A stretch of DNA of 29,924 nucleotides, from positions 1,240,001 to 1,269,924 of the forward strand of contig BROI01000004.1 of assembly GCA_027923505.1 (NCBI GenBank), read 5' to 3'. The stretch is from Mayamaea pseudoterrestris. Taxonomy: Eukaryota. Both the position numbers and the translations under genes were made by a program. This document shows, in pieces, positions 10,377 to 21,205 of the stretch. Position 1 is the first letter of the stretch, and each line of letters starts with the position of its first letter. The notes below the pieces were generated by a model that had not been told where the DNA came from, did no database searches, and saw nothing but the letters and a program-made list of their open reading frames with translations.

Positions 10377-10807
10377 ACAAGGAGACTGGCAAGTTGCAAT
10401 TTGCGCGCGCGGAGATTGCGTTTGAAGGAAAGGAAAATGAAGGTTATGTCAGAGCTGCAATACTGACTATCCAACATGGCGGCTTGTGCGACGCGCTTGG
10501 CGACCGTCGCTCGGTCGCTCCACAAATGAAGAATGCTTATAATACTATAGAATACGCAATATTATGAATTCTTGTCTTGTTAGCATAAACTCAACGATCG
10601 TCTTGCAGTCGAGCACTAGCACGACAATCGGTTCGCGTATGATAAGCTAATCACGTAGTTGCAAAGTCCGTCATGGCAAAAGTGCTGCTAGGCAATATTT
10701 GTTTGCAACGCAGCAGACCTACTTTGCCGAAAGTAAGTTTTAATGAAACGTACAAACAATCAATGAAAACTATACTAGCATCTATTGTTAGCATATGCGC
10801 ATCTTCT

Positions 10808-12451
10808 TTATGCGAAAACGTCGAGTATATTAGAAATGGCCCAGTTCAAATGAGCACGCAACTGGCGGGCGGCCGGTAGTTGCATGTCTCGAGGCACACC
10901 GATCCGGTCCCGCATGTAGATCAAGCTATCAGCTACTCCATTCACATACTCTTGCCCGCCTTTTTCTGCAAATAGCTTGGCCACTTGACTTATGTTTGCT
11001 TCTTGCTCAACAGTTCCTTGTAAAAGCGCCAAGCACACGATCCGCATCGCAGCATCCACACCCATCATCACTGCCTCACTCGGCGACGCGTTTGGATCCG
11101 CCAACGGAGCCGACACTGGCGGCATGCCCTTTTTGCCTGCACCACGCGACGCAAACTTGACGATAGCTTCGTAATTGGCGCTGACGCGCTCCACCGCCTG
11201 TCGCTTGGCCGTTGGTGCGTCGCATCCGGGCCAACTCCAGTCGGGTTCAACATTGCCATTGTGCGCAACCAGTGGCAGCTCCCAACTACCGGGCGCTTGT
11301 CCGTCAATGGCGTTGCGAAACGGCTCGCCGGCCGCTTCACTCGCACAACCGCCCAGCTGCGGCGGCAAGTCCCAATTGTGCGTATAGTAGTCGGACTTTG
11401 TCAGTTGGTAGCTCGGCAACGTTTCCATAACATCAAACCAGCGATTAATGGCGGGATAGTCGGTGGGTTGGCTGGGTGTCACGCGCATCACAAAGCCTTT
11501 CAAGTAAACGACGGAAGCGGCCATGCGCTCCAGAAACGGAGCAAAGTGAACGTCGACCATGGAAATTTCACGGCCGAGGAAAAAGGGACCTTTGACTGAC
11601 AGTTGCTCCTCCACTTGGCCAAGCATTTCAATAAAGAGCTCCTTGGAACTACTCGATGTTCCTCGTATCCATTGAAACCACGGAACAAACAGGTTTCGCT
11701 CCAGTCGCAGCAAGGATTCCGCTTGCTCCTGGTCACGCTTCGACTGCGGCTGCAACGACTTGTGGTCTGGAAACGCCTTTTCCAACGCTTCCAGAATGTC
11801 ATTGGATTGTCCATACACTTGATTGTCAATGATTGCCACTGGTATTTGACCGCTCGGTTGCAGTCGCATAAAGTCGGCAGGTTTGTTGCCGTAGCAGCTC
11901 ATGTTGATTTTAATGACCTTGTAGGGTATCTGCTTTTCCTCCAACGCCAGCCACACTTTGTGGCAGTAGGGACACCAGCTGGCGCTGTCGCGATAAAACG
12001 TGACGCGAATGTCACGGGGCTGGTACTTGGTTGCGTCGTATAAACGCGTCAAATGGAGGGGGCTGCCGACGCCAACGCCGAGTGCAAGGTTGCTGCGAAA
12101 GTGGCGCTCACTGTCAGTCTCCATCATGCTTTCCAACGTGGAGCGAATGCTGGACCATGATGGAAGGTCTGAAAGCTCATGCTCCAATGCTTGATCGACC
12201 TTGACATGCGCTTGCGTTAGTTGATTCGACGACGATGAAAACAAGGATGCCGCCATGTCTTGAAAAATGTTCGAGTCGTCCTTGCGAGGCGCTGCTGCGT
12301 GCAGTGTCGTCGGGTTCGATGGTTGCTGTAACCTGGAATGAACGTGTATTGATTTCGGGGAAAAGCCGGAAGCTAATGAAAGTGTCAGGAGAAGGGCGGC
12401 AAACATCATGATTCTCCACCAAGCGGTTCTTGCTGGCTCATTTTGTGCCAT
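10808..12451 (-). CDS. Glutathione S-transferase family protein (Cys-dependent, CPYC), probably plastid-targeted
   Basis: GST-N motifs WCPYCHKVWLALEEKQIPY, GQIPV and SNDIL. GST-C motif GPFFLGREISMVDVHFAPFLERM. Presequence LLLTLSLASG|FSP. The start ATG is either 12451 or 12409. Confidence 0.88.
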   Translation of the reverse strand: MAQNEPARTAWWRIMMFAALLLTLSLASGFSPKSIHVHSRLQQPSNPTTLHAAAPRKDDSNIFQDMAASLFSSSSNQLTQAHVKVDQALEHELSDLPSWSSIRSTLESMMETDSERHFRSNLALGVGVGSPLHLTRLYDATKYQPRDIRVTFYRDSASWCPYCHKVWLALEEKQIPYKVIKINMSCYGNKPADFMRLQPSGQIPVAIIDNQVYGQSNDILEALEKAFPDHKSLQPQSKRDQEQAESLLRLERNLFVPWFQWIRGTSSSSKELFIEMLGQVEEQLSVKGPFFLGREISMVDVHFAPFLERMAASVVYLKGFVMRVTPSQPTDYPAINRWFDVMETLPSYQLTKSDYYTHNWDLPPQLGGCASEAAGEPFRNAIDGQAPGSWELPLVAHNGNVEPDWSWPGCDAPTAKRQAVERVSANYEAIVKFASRGAGKKGMPPVSAPLADPNASPSEAVMMGVDAAMRIVCLALLQGTVEQEANISQVAKLFAEKGGQEYVNGVADSLIYMRDRIGVPRDMQLPAARQLRAHLNWAISNILDVFA

Positions 12452-12624
12452 GGTGGAAAGCTCGCTCATGGATCGAGTGAAGTTGAATGTCGCATCGCAA
12501 CCCAAGAAATATCGTAGCGGTAATGGATCATGGGACGTCCTTTCATCTTTCCACCATGGCACAATCCATTTCCTTGTGCGAATCATTTACTCTACTGTAA
12601 CAAACGTTATACAATCTACAACAT

Positions 12625-13236
12625 ATGCAGCAGCAGCAAGACCAAGATAGCCCGGCGGATGAATGGCTGGCGTCCTTGAATGCAACGTGCAATCGCTTCT
12701 CGACGCAGTACCTGCAGCTGATTCGATCCGCCGCTTCGGCTCCATCGTCAGGAGCAGGCGAACATGACGGACGATCCGATCCAAGAGGTGAGACAAATAC
12801 TAGTATTAGTAATGTATATGAAATTTTATGATGGTCTAGAGAGTCCTTGTGCAGGTCTCATTTCTATCTTACGCTCGCTCACGTTCCATCCTTTCGCCTC
12901 ATCTTTATAACATGAAAACATTTGCACCCCTACTTGCAACAAACAGCTGGAGGCGGTCACATGATGTATCTACACGATCCTCCACCACCTCCACTTGCCG
13001 CGCACGTTGCCCATTCGTCATTGAGCTGCCAATTGGCGGCGGACAATTTATGCGTCGCCGCCAGTCAGTTGCTGTCGTTGATTCGAACGCTGCGACTCAG
13101 TCTGCTGCTCATGGACGCCGATACCATTGACGTGGAGCAGCATCAACAAGTGCAGCAGGCGCAGCGAGACACTCAGCGAGCCTTGGAGCAAGCGGCGCGG
13201 CAAATGCTCGAGTTGCTGCAGCGACGGCAAACGTGA
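12625..13236 (+). CDS. MED22: Mediator subunit 22-like protein, 2 exons: 12625-12787 and 12947-13236 (150 aa)
   Basis: A GTGAGA..CAG intron (12788-12946) joins two short ORFs in frame. The helix FSTQYLQLIRSA and CQLAADNLCVAASQLLSLIRTLRLSLLLMD match the Med22/Surf5 pattern, followed by a coiled-coil tail. Confidence 0.75.
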
Positions 13237-13326
13237 GAGACAGATGAACATTCTCAGCTCACAGCAATACTATATATACATTAAGTATTATAATTCTATT
13301 CTATGCAATTTCTGCCGCATAATATC

Positions 13327-14871
13327 CTACTGATAGATGGACGGCGCGACGCGTTCCCACGAGCTGCGTTGAAACACGGTCTCATCCAGCTTGGAGCATT
13401 GCAGACTGTAATTCTTTTCCAGGTAGCGAAAGGTTTGCTGATTGGGCTGATGATGCATGATACTCGTCGCAGCATTGCCATGCGCAGCCTCCATCACGTC
13501 GCGGCTCAACAAGATCTGCTCGCCCCGCACCATAAAGTTGATATCTTCGCGCAACTTGTAGTAGACTTCGTTTTCTGCGATTGGAAGACCGGAAAAGAAG
13601 CAAAAGCGCATGTACAGCTTCCAAACACGCACGTCGCGAATCTCCAATGGCAATGTGATGAACTGGTTCGGATAGAGAATTTGCATTTGGTCCAACAAGT
13701 GGCGGTCGGGGAGAGGTAATCGTCGCATTAGTTCTTGTCCACTGGGTGAGCTTGGATCCGCACCGCCGTCAAGGCTTCTTGACGAAAGGTCGTCGTGGCT
13801 TGTCAGCGGGCTCGTCGACATTTGACTCGTGCTCGCAGTGGACAATGAGCCACTCCAATATCGACGTGAAGTCTTCTTCTTCTTCGTTTTGTATTTGTAA
13901 ATGGCGTCGCAAACATCAATTTTGTCAGACGCCGTACCAACAGTAGAATCATTCGAGTGACTGCACATGCTCGTCTTGGCTGGTAGTCCCAGTGCAGACG
14001 GCAAGCAAAAGACAACCATGGTTCGCATATTCTGACGAAGGCAGCCAGCGTAAAACGGCGTGCCAGCGAATATAGGCTTGCCACTAAAGTAGCAACCACG
14101 GCTGTCTCCTGGCCCGTCCTTTGGTTGCTTGGCCCCCACGGCGTAGAACGCCATGCGACGATGGTCGGGCATGGTTTTCGAGCCAGTGGATACGTGACTG
14201 GATGGCAAGGTAAGCTCGCTAATGTTTCGTTCCAGTTCCAGCATGTCGCAGCTTACTTCCATGGAATGCGGCATGGCAGGCGTGTTGGAACGCACAACGC
14301 TTGTTCGAACTGCAATTGGAGACTGGACTTGGACTTGGACTTTGCCGTCAAAGTGAACTTCAATGTCATCGTGATTCTCCCAATCGCCTCCGAACAGCAG
14401 CTCCGCTTGTCGTTGCTTTTGTCGGTGGCGCTGAATCCTCCGGAGCCGCGGCGTTTCAGCTGTATCACTTGCACTTTTTGCGTTTGCCAGCTCCTCATCA
14501 CCAGGCGCCATCATTGGAGATATGCCTAGCAGGGTGACTGATTGTTGGCTCCCGCCAAAGCAGTTGCATGGATTGGTGGACATCATTCGACTGGAAAAGT
14601 AGCTGGCCTTGTCGCGCGCCAGATCACAAAATCGGCCAAATGGGGTCAAGCCATTGCGGAGCTTGCGTTCGTCAGTTTGTCTTGTCGACTCTTTCCATGG
14701 ACTCGATCCAATAGAGGAGCTAGATGCGCTGGTTTCGCTCAAATCGGTGCCGTGTTGCTTGGTAATTGCAGCCCCGCCTAGGCAACTCCACGATGAACAA
14801 GTGCAGCCGTCTGTCATGAATGAAGGCCATGACAGCTGATCGATCATGGTAGTAACTGTTTTGCTGCCCAT
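13327..14871 (-). CDS. Hypothetical protein (Ser-rich N-terminus; two C[YF]FSGxPI motifs)
   Basis: Long ORF with first ATG at 14871. Disordered N-terminal half and a globular-looking C-terminal half containing CYFSGKPI and CFFSGLPI. No family recognised. Confidence 0.75.
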   Translation of the reverse strand: MGSKTVTTMIDQLSWPSFMTDGCTCSSWSCLGGAAITKQHGTDLSETSASSSSIGSSPWKESTRQTDERKLRNGLTPFGRFCDLARDKASYFSSRMMSTNPCNCFGGSQQSVTLLGISPMMAPGDEELANAKSASDTAETPRLRRIQRHRQKQRQAELLFGGDWENHDDIEVHFDGKVQVQVQSPIAVRTSVVRSNTPAMPHSMEVSCDMLELERNISELTLPSSHVSTGSKTMPDHRRMAFYAVGAKQPKDGPGDSRGCYFSGKPIFAGTPFYAGCLRQNMRTMVVFCLPSALGLPAKTSMCSHSNDSTVGTASDKIDVCDAIYKYKTKKKKTSRRYWSGSLSTASTSQMSTSPLTSHDDLSSRSLDGGADPSSPSGQELMRRLPLPDRHLLDQMQILYPNQFITLPLEIRDVRVWKLYMRFCFFSGLPIAENEVYYKLREDINFMVRGEQILLSRDVMEAAHGNAATSIMHHQPNQQTFRYLEKNYSLQCSKLDETVFQRSSWERVAPSIYQ

Positions 14872-15579
14872 GGCGTGGTAGTTATTGTAGTGTAATGGGC
14901 GATGGCTTGCCGTTTCTAGGATCCTCACGCAAGTGACTCTTCCGTCGAAACACAAATGGCGGCCTGCGATGGGCCTGGGTCGCTTGCTGCTGCGTGAAGG
15001 CAAAGCAACTTATTACTCGGACCTAAGTTCCATACACACCGGAGACGCATGTACAATGAAACAGCTTTACCTTAAGACATTGCAATAAAAGCAAGCAGTT
15101 CCATTTTGACGCGTAAGCGCAAAAGGGTTGCCGTTTCTGCGACGAAAAAGTGAGCCACTCTCTAGCGTTCCGCATGGCAGGCATGTAACGATGACTCACT
15201 AAGTAATTTAAATTCCCGAACGCTGCAATCGACGATTCGCCCGGCGCGCTAGAATATTGGATGGAATCTTCGTCCACAATTTCTCGCTCCACGACCTGGT
15301 TGCAGGTTCGTCGTTCGGATCAGTGCTCCAGCTTGAACGGATAACAAGCAAGCTTCCTTCACTTGAAAGTACGCGCATTCGACTACACAACGATTTGAAT
15401 TAGTAATAGATGAGGTGCTGTCAGGGCAGAGCTGTGTGTGTGAGCATCATCCTTCACCGTTCACCGTCCGCCTCAAAATGGATCAAGCGCGCGATTCAAA
15501 TTGCCATCAATAAAAGAGATACTCTATGAATCAAAAAGCTGTAGCAGCATTATTGGACCTCGATTCATGACATATTTTT

Positions 15580-16464
15580 ATGGATACGCGAAATGTACGA
15601 TGCTCGCCCATCAATGCCAAAAACGTCATTGCGACATCATCCACGCTGGAGCTCGAGCTCACCGCAACGTTGAACGCCAGCAATCCACCACACGCTCCAT
15701 TATACACAACTATGATGCACCCAGACGCCATGAGTCTACAAACTGCAACTTTTGACAAGGAGGAAGATTTTGACGATGTCGAGCTGGCATCTGCCAAGCA
15801 GCAGCAGCAGCAGCAGCAGCTCACTGCCGATGATGACGCTTCGCACGAGACTTGCTCCTTGTCCGTGCCCGACGAATCCGAGTTGTTGCGCATTTATCGC
15901 ATCAAGTATCGCGTCTTTCGCGATAGCAAGCTCAAGCTGTGCAGCGACTCGCCGTACGATGTCATTGTCTGCAGCGAAAGCAAGGATGTTTGGTCGACGT
16001 TTGTCTTGAGTCGAGTGAATCACGAAGCAGACGATATCATTGCAGCTGACACTCAAATTCAGGCGTTTGAAGTGACGCTTTCCATGAGCCCGCTCCAGCG
16101 ACAGGTGGCCAAGGTCGGTTGGATTGCCAAGAGTTCCGTCGCCACGTACGATGGATCGACAAGCAGCCACATGGCAGTCATTGCGCGAGACACTGACATG
16201 GTGGAGAATGCCAAGACGTTTTACATCATTTACAATGGCATTGATCGAAGTGTTGCTCCAATTGCAAACGTTGACGCAGTCTGGGAGCAAAGAACGATTA
16301 ACATTCGTTGCGTGCTGCACGAAAAGACTTGGATGGTAAATGGCAAGTTGCTCTACACGGACGACCACGACTGGATGCAGGAGGCCAATGGATCCGAGCT
16401 GCTGCCTCTAGTAAAGATGAACCAAGGCTCCTTTTCGTTTACGCGGATTGAGCTTGGCGATTAA
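15580..16464 (+). CDS. Hypothetical protein (poly-Q N-terminus, beta-rich C-terminal domain)
   Basis: 294-codon ATG ORF with host-like composition, a (CAG)7 tract, and an AT-rich 3' flank. No family recognised. Confidence 0.65.
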   Translation: MDTRNVRCSPINAKNVIATSSTLELELTATLNASNPPHAPLYTTMMHPDAMSLQTATFDKEEDFDDVELASAKQQQQQQQLTADDDASHETCSLSVPDESELLRIYRIKYRVFRDSKLKLCSDSPYDVIVCSESKDVWSTFVLSRVNHEADDIIAADTQIQAFEVTLSMSPLQRQVAKVGWIAKSSVATYDGSTSSHMAVIARDTDMVENAKTFYIIYNGIDRSVAPIANVDAVWEQRTINIRCVLHEKTWMVNGKLLYTDDHDWMQEANGSELLPLVKMNQGSFSFTRIELGD

Positions 16465-17839
16465 TATTAAAGGAATGGACGGCCTTATTCTCGAGGGTCA
16501 TGTACTCATCGTTAGTGGGCAATATTCTTGTGACATTTACCTGTATATGAGATATAGAGTAATATACAGTTTCCATAGTCAAAGACTGTTTTCTACTCAT
16601 ATTTACGTCTGCAGCCGTTCCAAATGTCAATTTTATTGCAGGCGGATAGCTAAATTCAACGTGGATCTTTGAAGGTTGACGCACGTTCCGTGACGGATAG
16701 ACCTGATCTCTAGGAAAGCTGGAATTGTTCCTTGTCCTAGCAAGCAGACTTAACCACCGGAATGATTTCAAACAAATGTGCACCAGCAATCAAAGAAGAG
16801 CCACAGTGGACATTCAACATATTGATGTCGAAAGTAAGCTGGAGTAGTGGGGCAAGTTGGCAGCAATCCAGCTAGCGTAACAAGGCCGGCTGCCGCCGTT
16901 GGCACTGACCCAGTCTTGGGTGTTTGGATGGCAGGTTGGTCTATCAGTGGTGATTGCAATGGATAGGCACCTCATTTACTGTTCGCATGAGATAGCGGTT
17001 GGGTAGCTATCCACTTATTGCCAGCATGAACTAGCGGGATCTGTTCGCAAGAGATTATTGGTGCGCTGTTTGCAACGGTTACGTAGCTGTCCGACCTAAT
17101 GTATTGCAGTGGGTTACGCACGCACAGATGCACTCACATGCAAAACTTTAACTCACTGAGCCCATTCTGGGTCAGTGAAAGTTGCAACTGGACTGTACCC
17201 AATTGGACTATACCCAACTCCAAGCCTGAAGATCTCAGGACTCAAAGCAACCTCTTCATAAACATCCAGTGAAGCTGTCTAAAGGTCTTTTGTAGTAAAA
17301 AGTTGCAGCGATGGTTGTCAATGACATGCGACGCTGCTTGCCAGAACCAAACGGCTGGTTCGTTTTGAGTTGTTTGGAAAATAACTGACTGTGGATGCCT
17401 CCACACAAGTATACCTCCTTATAATCTGGTGCACTCAGAGCATAGGGAACCTTTTGGTAAATGAATACCTTCAGTGAGCATGAACTTATCATGACTGCAT
17501 GGGCAGCACTGATTGGCAATGGCCAATTCGCAGTCAAACTCAGATCTTATGGAGAGTTCTTCATTATCCATCATGTAATGTGCGTTTTTGCTTTCATTGA
17601 CTTGCCAGAACCATGCTGCTGCGCATCTCATGTAGCCTCTTGTCACATACAGGAAAGGGAAGATGTTCTATAATCACTGACCCGTACAAAGTAGGGTCCA
17701 ATGAGTACACAGTTTCTCGTGTCTGTCTGTCAAGATATCTGTGCCTCTAGGGTAATGAAACTTCAACAGGCAGAATCCATTGGAATGGTAAATGTCACAT
17801 TGGCGCATTACTTCAAACAACTATAAGGACTGCACAAAG

Positions 17840-18375
17840 CTGTACAGTGCCATAATATAGGAAGTAGGTACATCCATGTACTATCAATATAATATTGACT
17901 GGCCCTAGACTACAATAGCAGACTTGAAACTGTACAGCAACATAGTGTAGGAAGTAGGTAACATCCATGTACTATTATTGACAGGCCCTAGACTACAATA
18001 GCTGAGCTACCATCAAATCCCACCAGTGCATTACATGCAGAGGTACACATTTATCTACTCAGCTATAAGATACGAGCCATTGGGAAAGGAAGAGCTACAG
18101 TCAGGCCCACACTATGAAGTGCAGTGCTTCAGTCCAGCCCCACACTACCAGCAGCAATGAAAGAGGTCTTAGGAGTTTATAGAGCTACCATCCAGCTACC
18201 AGTATGACTATGGAGACAAGCCCTATGCATACAAGCTACAGTCAGGCCCCATTGGTACTCTACAAGTAGTAGATCTACATCAATATCTCAGTACAATATT
18301 AAGGAGCTACCATCCATATTATGGAGAAAGGCCCAGCACTACAAAGGCAGAGCTGCAGTCAAGCCCTACACTACA
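17840..18375. repeat. Degenerate tandem/subterminal repeat array
   Basis: Two ~90-bp-period copies (17840-17919 and 17930-18002) share TAGGAAGTAGGTA, CATCCATGTACTAT and GGCCCTAGACTACAATAGC. Beyond them, GAGCTACAGTCAGGCCC and GAGCTACCATC variants recur near 18005, 18091, 18181, 18234, 18303 and 18350. Confidence 0.75.
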
Positions 18376-19588
18376 AATCGTGGTGCTATACAGTCACACA
18401 GGTATCACGTCCGTTTGTGCACAAGTGCCGAGGCAGTGCCAAAGTCCATGAGGTCCCCTAGTTTTTGGATCATGAAACTTAAAAAAAGTTGCAGAAACCA
18501 AGGACCCAGAGAAGTGAGCTGTTGCAATCCGTCACACTGTCAGGGGTATGTGCACTTCCATTGCAGTTGCAATGCAGTGGGTGGTGTTGTCCACGGAGAT
18601 ATTAAGTGAGTGATTAAGAGCTTCAATTCATTTGGCCAGCTTACGCATGTTGCTTACTTTGGTAATCATTTTTGCGGTGGTCACTATGACTGTCATGGAA
18701 GGGGATGGGCCAATCTTTGCATTTACTATCTTGGCGAGTGGGAGCTGTTGCCGGTTGGTGCTATTGACTTTTCGCTCATTGATTGGGGATTTGGGAATTT
18801 GATGTTCCTGATAAATGTGTGAGCCACTCAGCAAATGCTTTTATTGAACCAGCAAGGCTTTTGGTGATAAACAGGCTTGGTTCAAACTATAGCGACGGTT
18901 ACAATTTGGTGCTAGTCATCTTGGCAGCTTTAGATGGGGGTGTTACAATGTGGGAAACGATGCGCATGGGGGGAATCACCTGTCCGGAAGCCTTTCATGA
19001 AGCTGTCTGTGCGTCGATTAAGCAAGACAGACTGGGTCACATATTTAATGCCAAGAAGAAAGTAATTGTGGCAAACTCATTCTGGTTCCACCTTGTCCTT
19101 GTGTATACAAAGGATAGATGGATATCAATTGAGTTGCATGCTGTTTGTGATGGCCAGCTAGGCACCTTAATTGCAGACACGCATGAGCATCCACATTTTG
19201 CCTAAGATGTAGAATGGTTTTTGTTGGCATATGGTCCCAAATAAAAACACATACGCCGGAGCAGTGTCATCAAATTGGGCATGCTTGTCAGGAGCATGCA
19301 TTTACTGCTACATGCATTGGAGCACCGGGCATATTTGCCAAATAAGGTATGCGCATTGACAACTGCATCCAAAGGTCCTGATGAGTAAAATTGCAAGTGA
19401 AAGGTTGCTCTAAAAATTACATTGCCCCAAGAAGCCAATAGGCATTGTCATTTAAACACACGAGTAGTTACCTATATAAGGACCAAGGTAGTATAAGCCT
19501 TCGTCTTTGCCAGAAACTATGCGGTCAGGCTCAACAACAGCCTCCCCCTCCAGAATTACGGCTGCAGGCTCTGGAGTCGGGACATGCT

Positions 19589-20925
19589 TTAGCACATTGT
19601 CCAAGTTTCATCCTGATCCTCAAAGAATTGGTATAAATCATCTTGAAGCAATGCCAAATTTACACAAGTTGTGTCGACGGTTGTGAAACGCTTTGGAATA
19701 TCCAAAAGTTGCTCCTGCATGTTGCTCAATTGGGCTGTTTGGGTTTTGTGTTGACCGTGCTGCACCTCAGTCAATGTGCCAAATTGCTGGTCCATGAAGA
19801 CATGGGTAGCACTGACTTGCAGCGAGGTTTTCAACATTTGTCTGTGAAGTTAGTGCACTTGCTTTAAGGTAGGAAATCTGCTGCTGCTGATGCTCCAAGA
19901 CCAGATCAAAGAGCTCTGTGACAATGCCTAGGAAAGAATGAAACCGGCCATTGATCATCTTCTCCAGTGCTTCATGCTTTGCAATTTGCAACTGCTGCTG
20001 CCAATGCTGCTGCGCAGCTTCATCAAAGCGGTGGTTGAAAAAGCCTTGAAATGATGCCAACTGTGTAGCAACATTCTGCAACTGGGCGAGTGTGGTGTTG
20101 GCGCGCGTCTCGTCATGGCATTGCGTGTGGTCTGCGCCTCAGAAATGTATTCGAAGCTTTCGTTGGAAGATTGTTGGAAGACTGAAAGCCGCTCCATGAT
20201 GGTGGCAAGTTGACCATTCTGCTCAGTGAAGATACCTGCAAGTTGGTCAAAGCAGTTGGTGTTGGAGGCTTGGTGTGCTCCAAGTTGTGTCACAAAATCT
20301 TTATTGCTTAAAAGCAAGGCTACAGCATCTTGAATGGCTGTGAACTGCGCAGGAAGGGTTGTAAGTTTTTGGCCGTAGATTTGACAAGCCAACTGAGTGC
20401 CATGTTGATGCTTGTTGTGGTGGATGTTACGTGGCCAGGTTGTCCCGAAATGGCTGACACCTGCTGGCTTGCACTGCTGACTTGGTCATACCCATGGCAT
20501 TGCCCCTGACAGTGATTGAATGCAGTCTGCTGCAAGTTGAGCTGCTGCAAAAGGTTGGGAAAGGTGACGGCTCCATTGATGTTGGCGTTGTTGGTGTTGG
20601 CTGCAATGACTTCACGCAAATTGGCAATTGCTTGGTTCAAAGCATTGGTATTGTTACTGCTGACAGTTGACATGTGGTTGCGCAAATCCACAAACCCTTG
20701 GCTAAGCTGCGAGGTCATGCTGCCAAAGCTTTGGGTGACTCCTGCAAACTGTTTGGGAAGCCAAATGACATGGCCGTTGATGGTGTCATTCAATGCCAAA
20801 CGCGCACCATACCCTTGGCAGAACTTTTTTAAAACTTGCGCGGCACCCTGAGGGACCTGACGGAGTTGCTCAACAAGGTCTGCAAAAGATAGTGAATGGA
20901 TGTTAGTGACTGTTTGCTTGTCCAC
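19589..20925 (-). pseudogene. Frameshifted remnant of a long Q/L/A/N-rich coiled-coil protein gene of unknown family
   Basis: Four overlapping minus-strand ORFs (20320-20925, 19955-20392, 19767-20081, 19589-19837) hand over to one another with the same helical composition. The region is rich in TG/CA. It may extend to about 18600, but support for that is weak. Confidence 0.6.
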
Positions 20926-21004
20926 ACACTGCCCTTGTGTGCATGCATACCTTCATATTGAGTGGCAACCGGAGGAGCTGCAGTTTAAATGTGAGAAAAG
21001 TTTG

Positions 21005-21205
21005 ACGACAAGTGGTGAGGACAAGTGGCAAGCAACAAGCGGTGAGAGACAAGCGGTGAGCGACAAGCGCGAGCGGTGAGTGACAAGCGACAAAGCGGCA
21101 AGTGACAAGCGACAGCGACAGATGGCGAGCGACAAGCGGACAGCGCGACAAGCAGCGAGTGACAAGCGGCGAGCAACAAGTGGCGAGCAACAAGTGGCAA
21201 GTGAC
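21005..21205. repeat. Degenerate 14-bp minisatellite, consensus GCGACAAGCGGCGA
   Basis: In-phase units at 21032, 21046, 21145, 21159, 21173 and 21187, with partial 7-mers between them. Confidence 0.9.

Noticed and set aside
12452..12586. N-terminal extension of the GST ORF to 12586
   Set aside because: It would bury the signal peptide about 60 residues in and occupy the shared promoter, so a downstream ATG is more plausible.
15799..15819. (CAG)7 microsatellite
   Set aside because: An ordinary poly-Gln tract within a coding region.
17840..18375. Possible CRISPR-like array
   Set aside because: The repeats are degenerate and irregularly spaced, with no unique constant-length spacers and no cas genes, in a eukaryotic context.
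18841..19200. RIP-like C>T stop codons in a minus-strand frame
   Set aside because: Seven stops in about 120 codons is close to random, and any stop codon can be derived from a C>T change, so this is not evidence for RIP or for coding.
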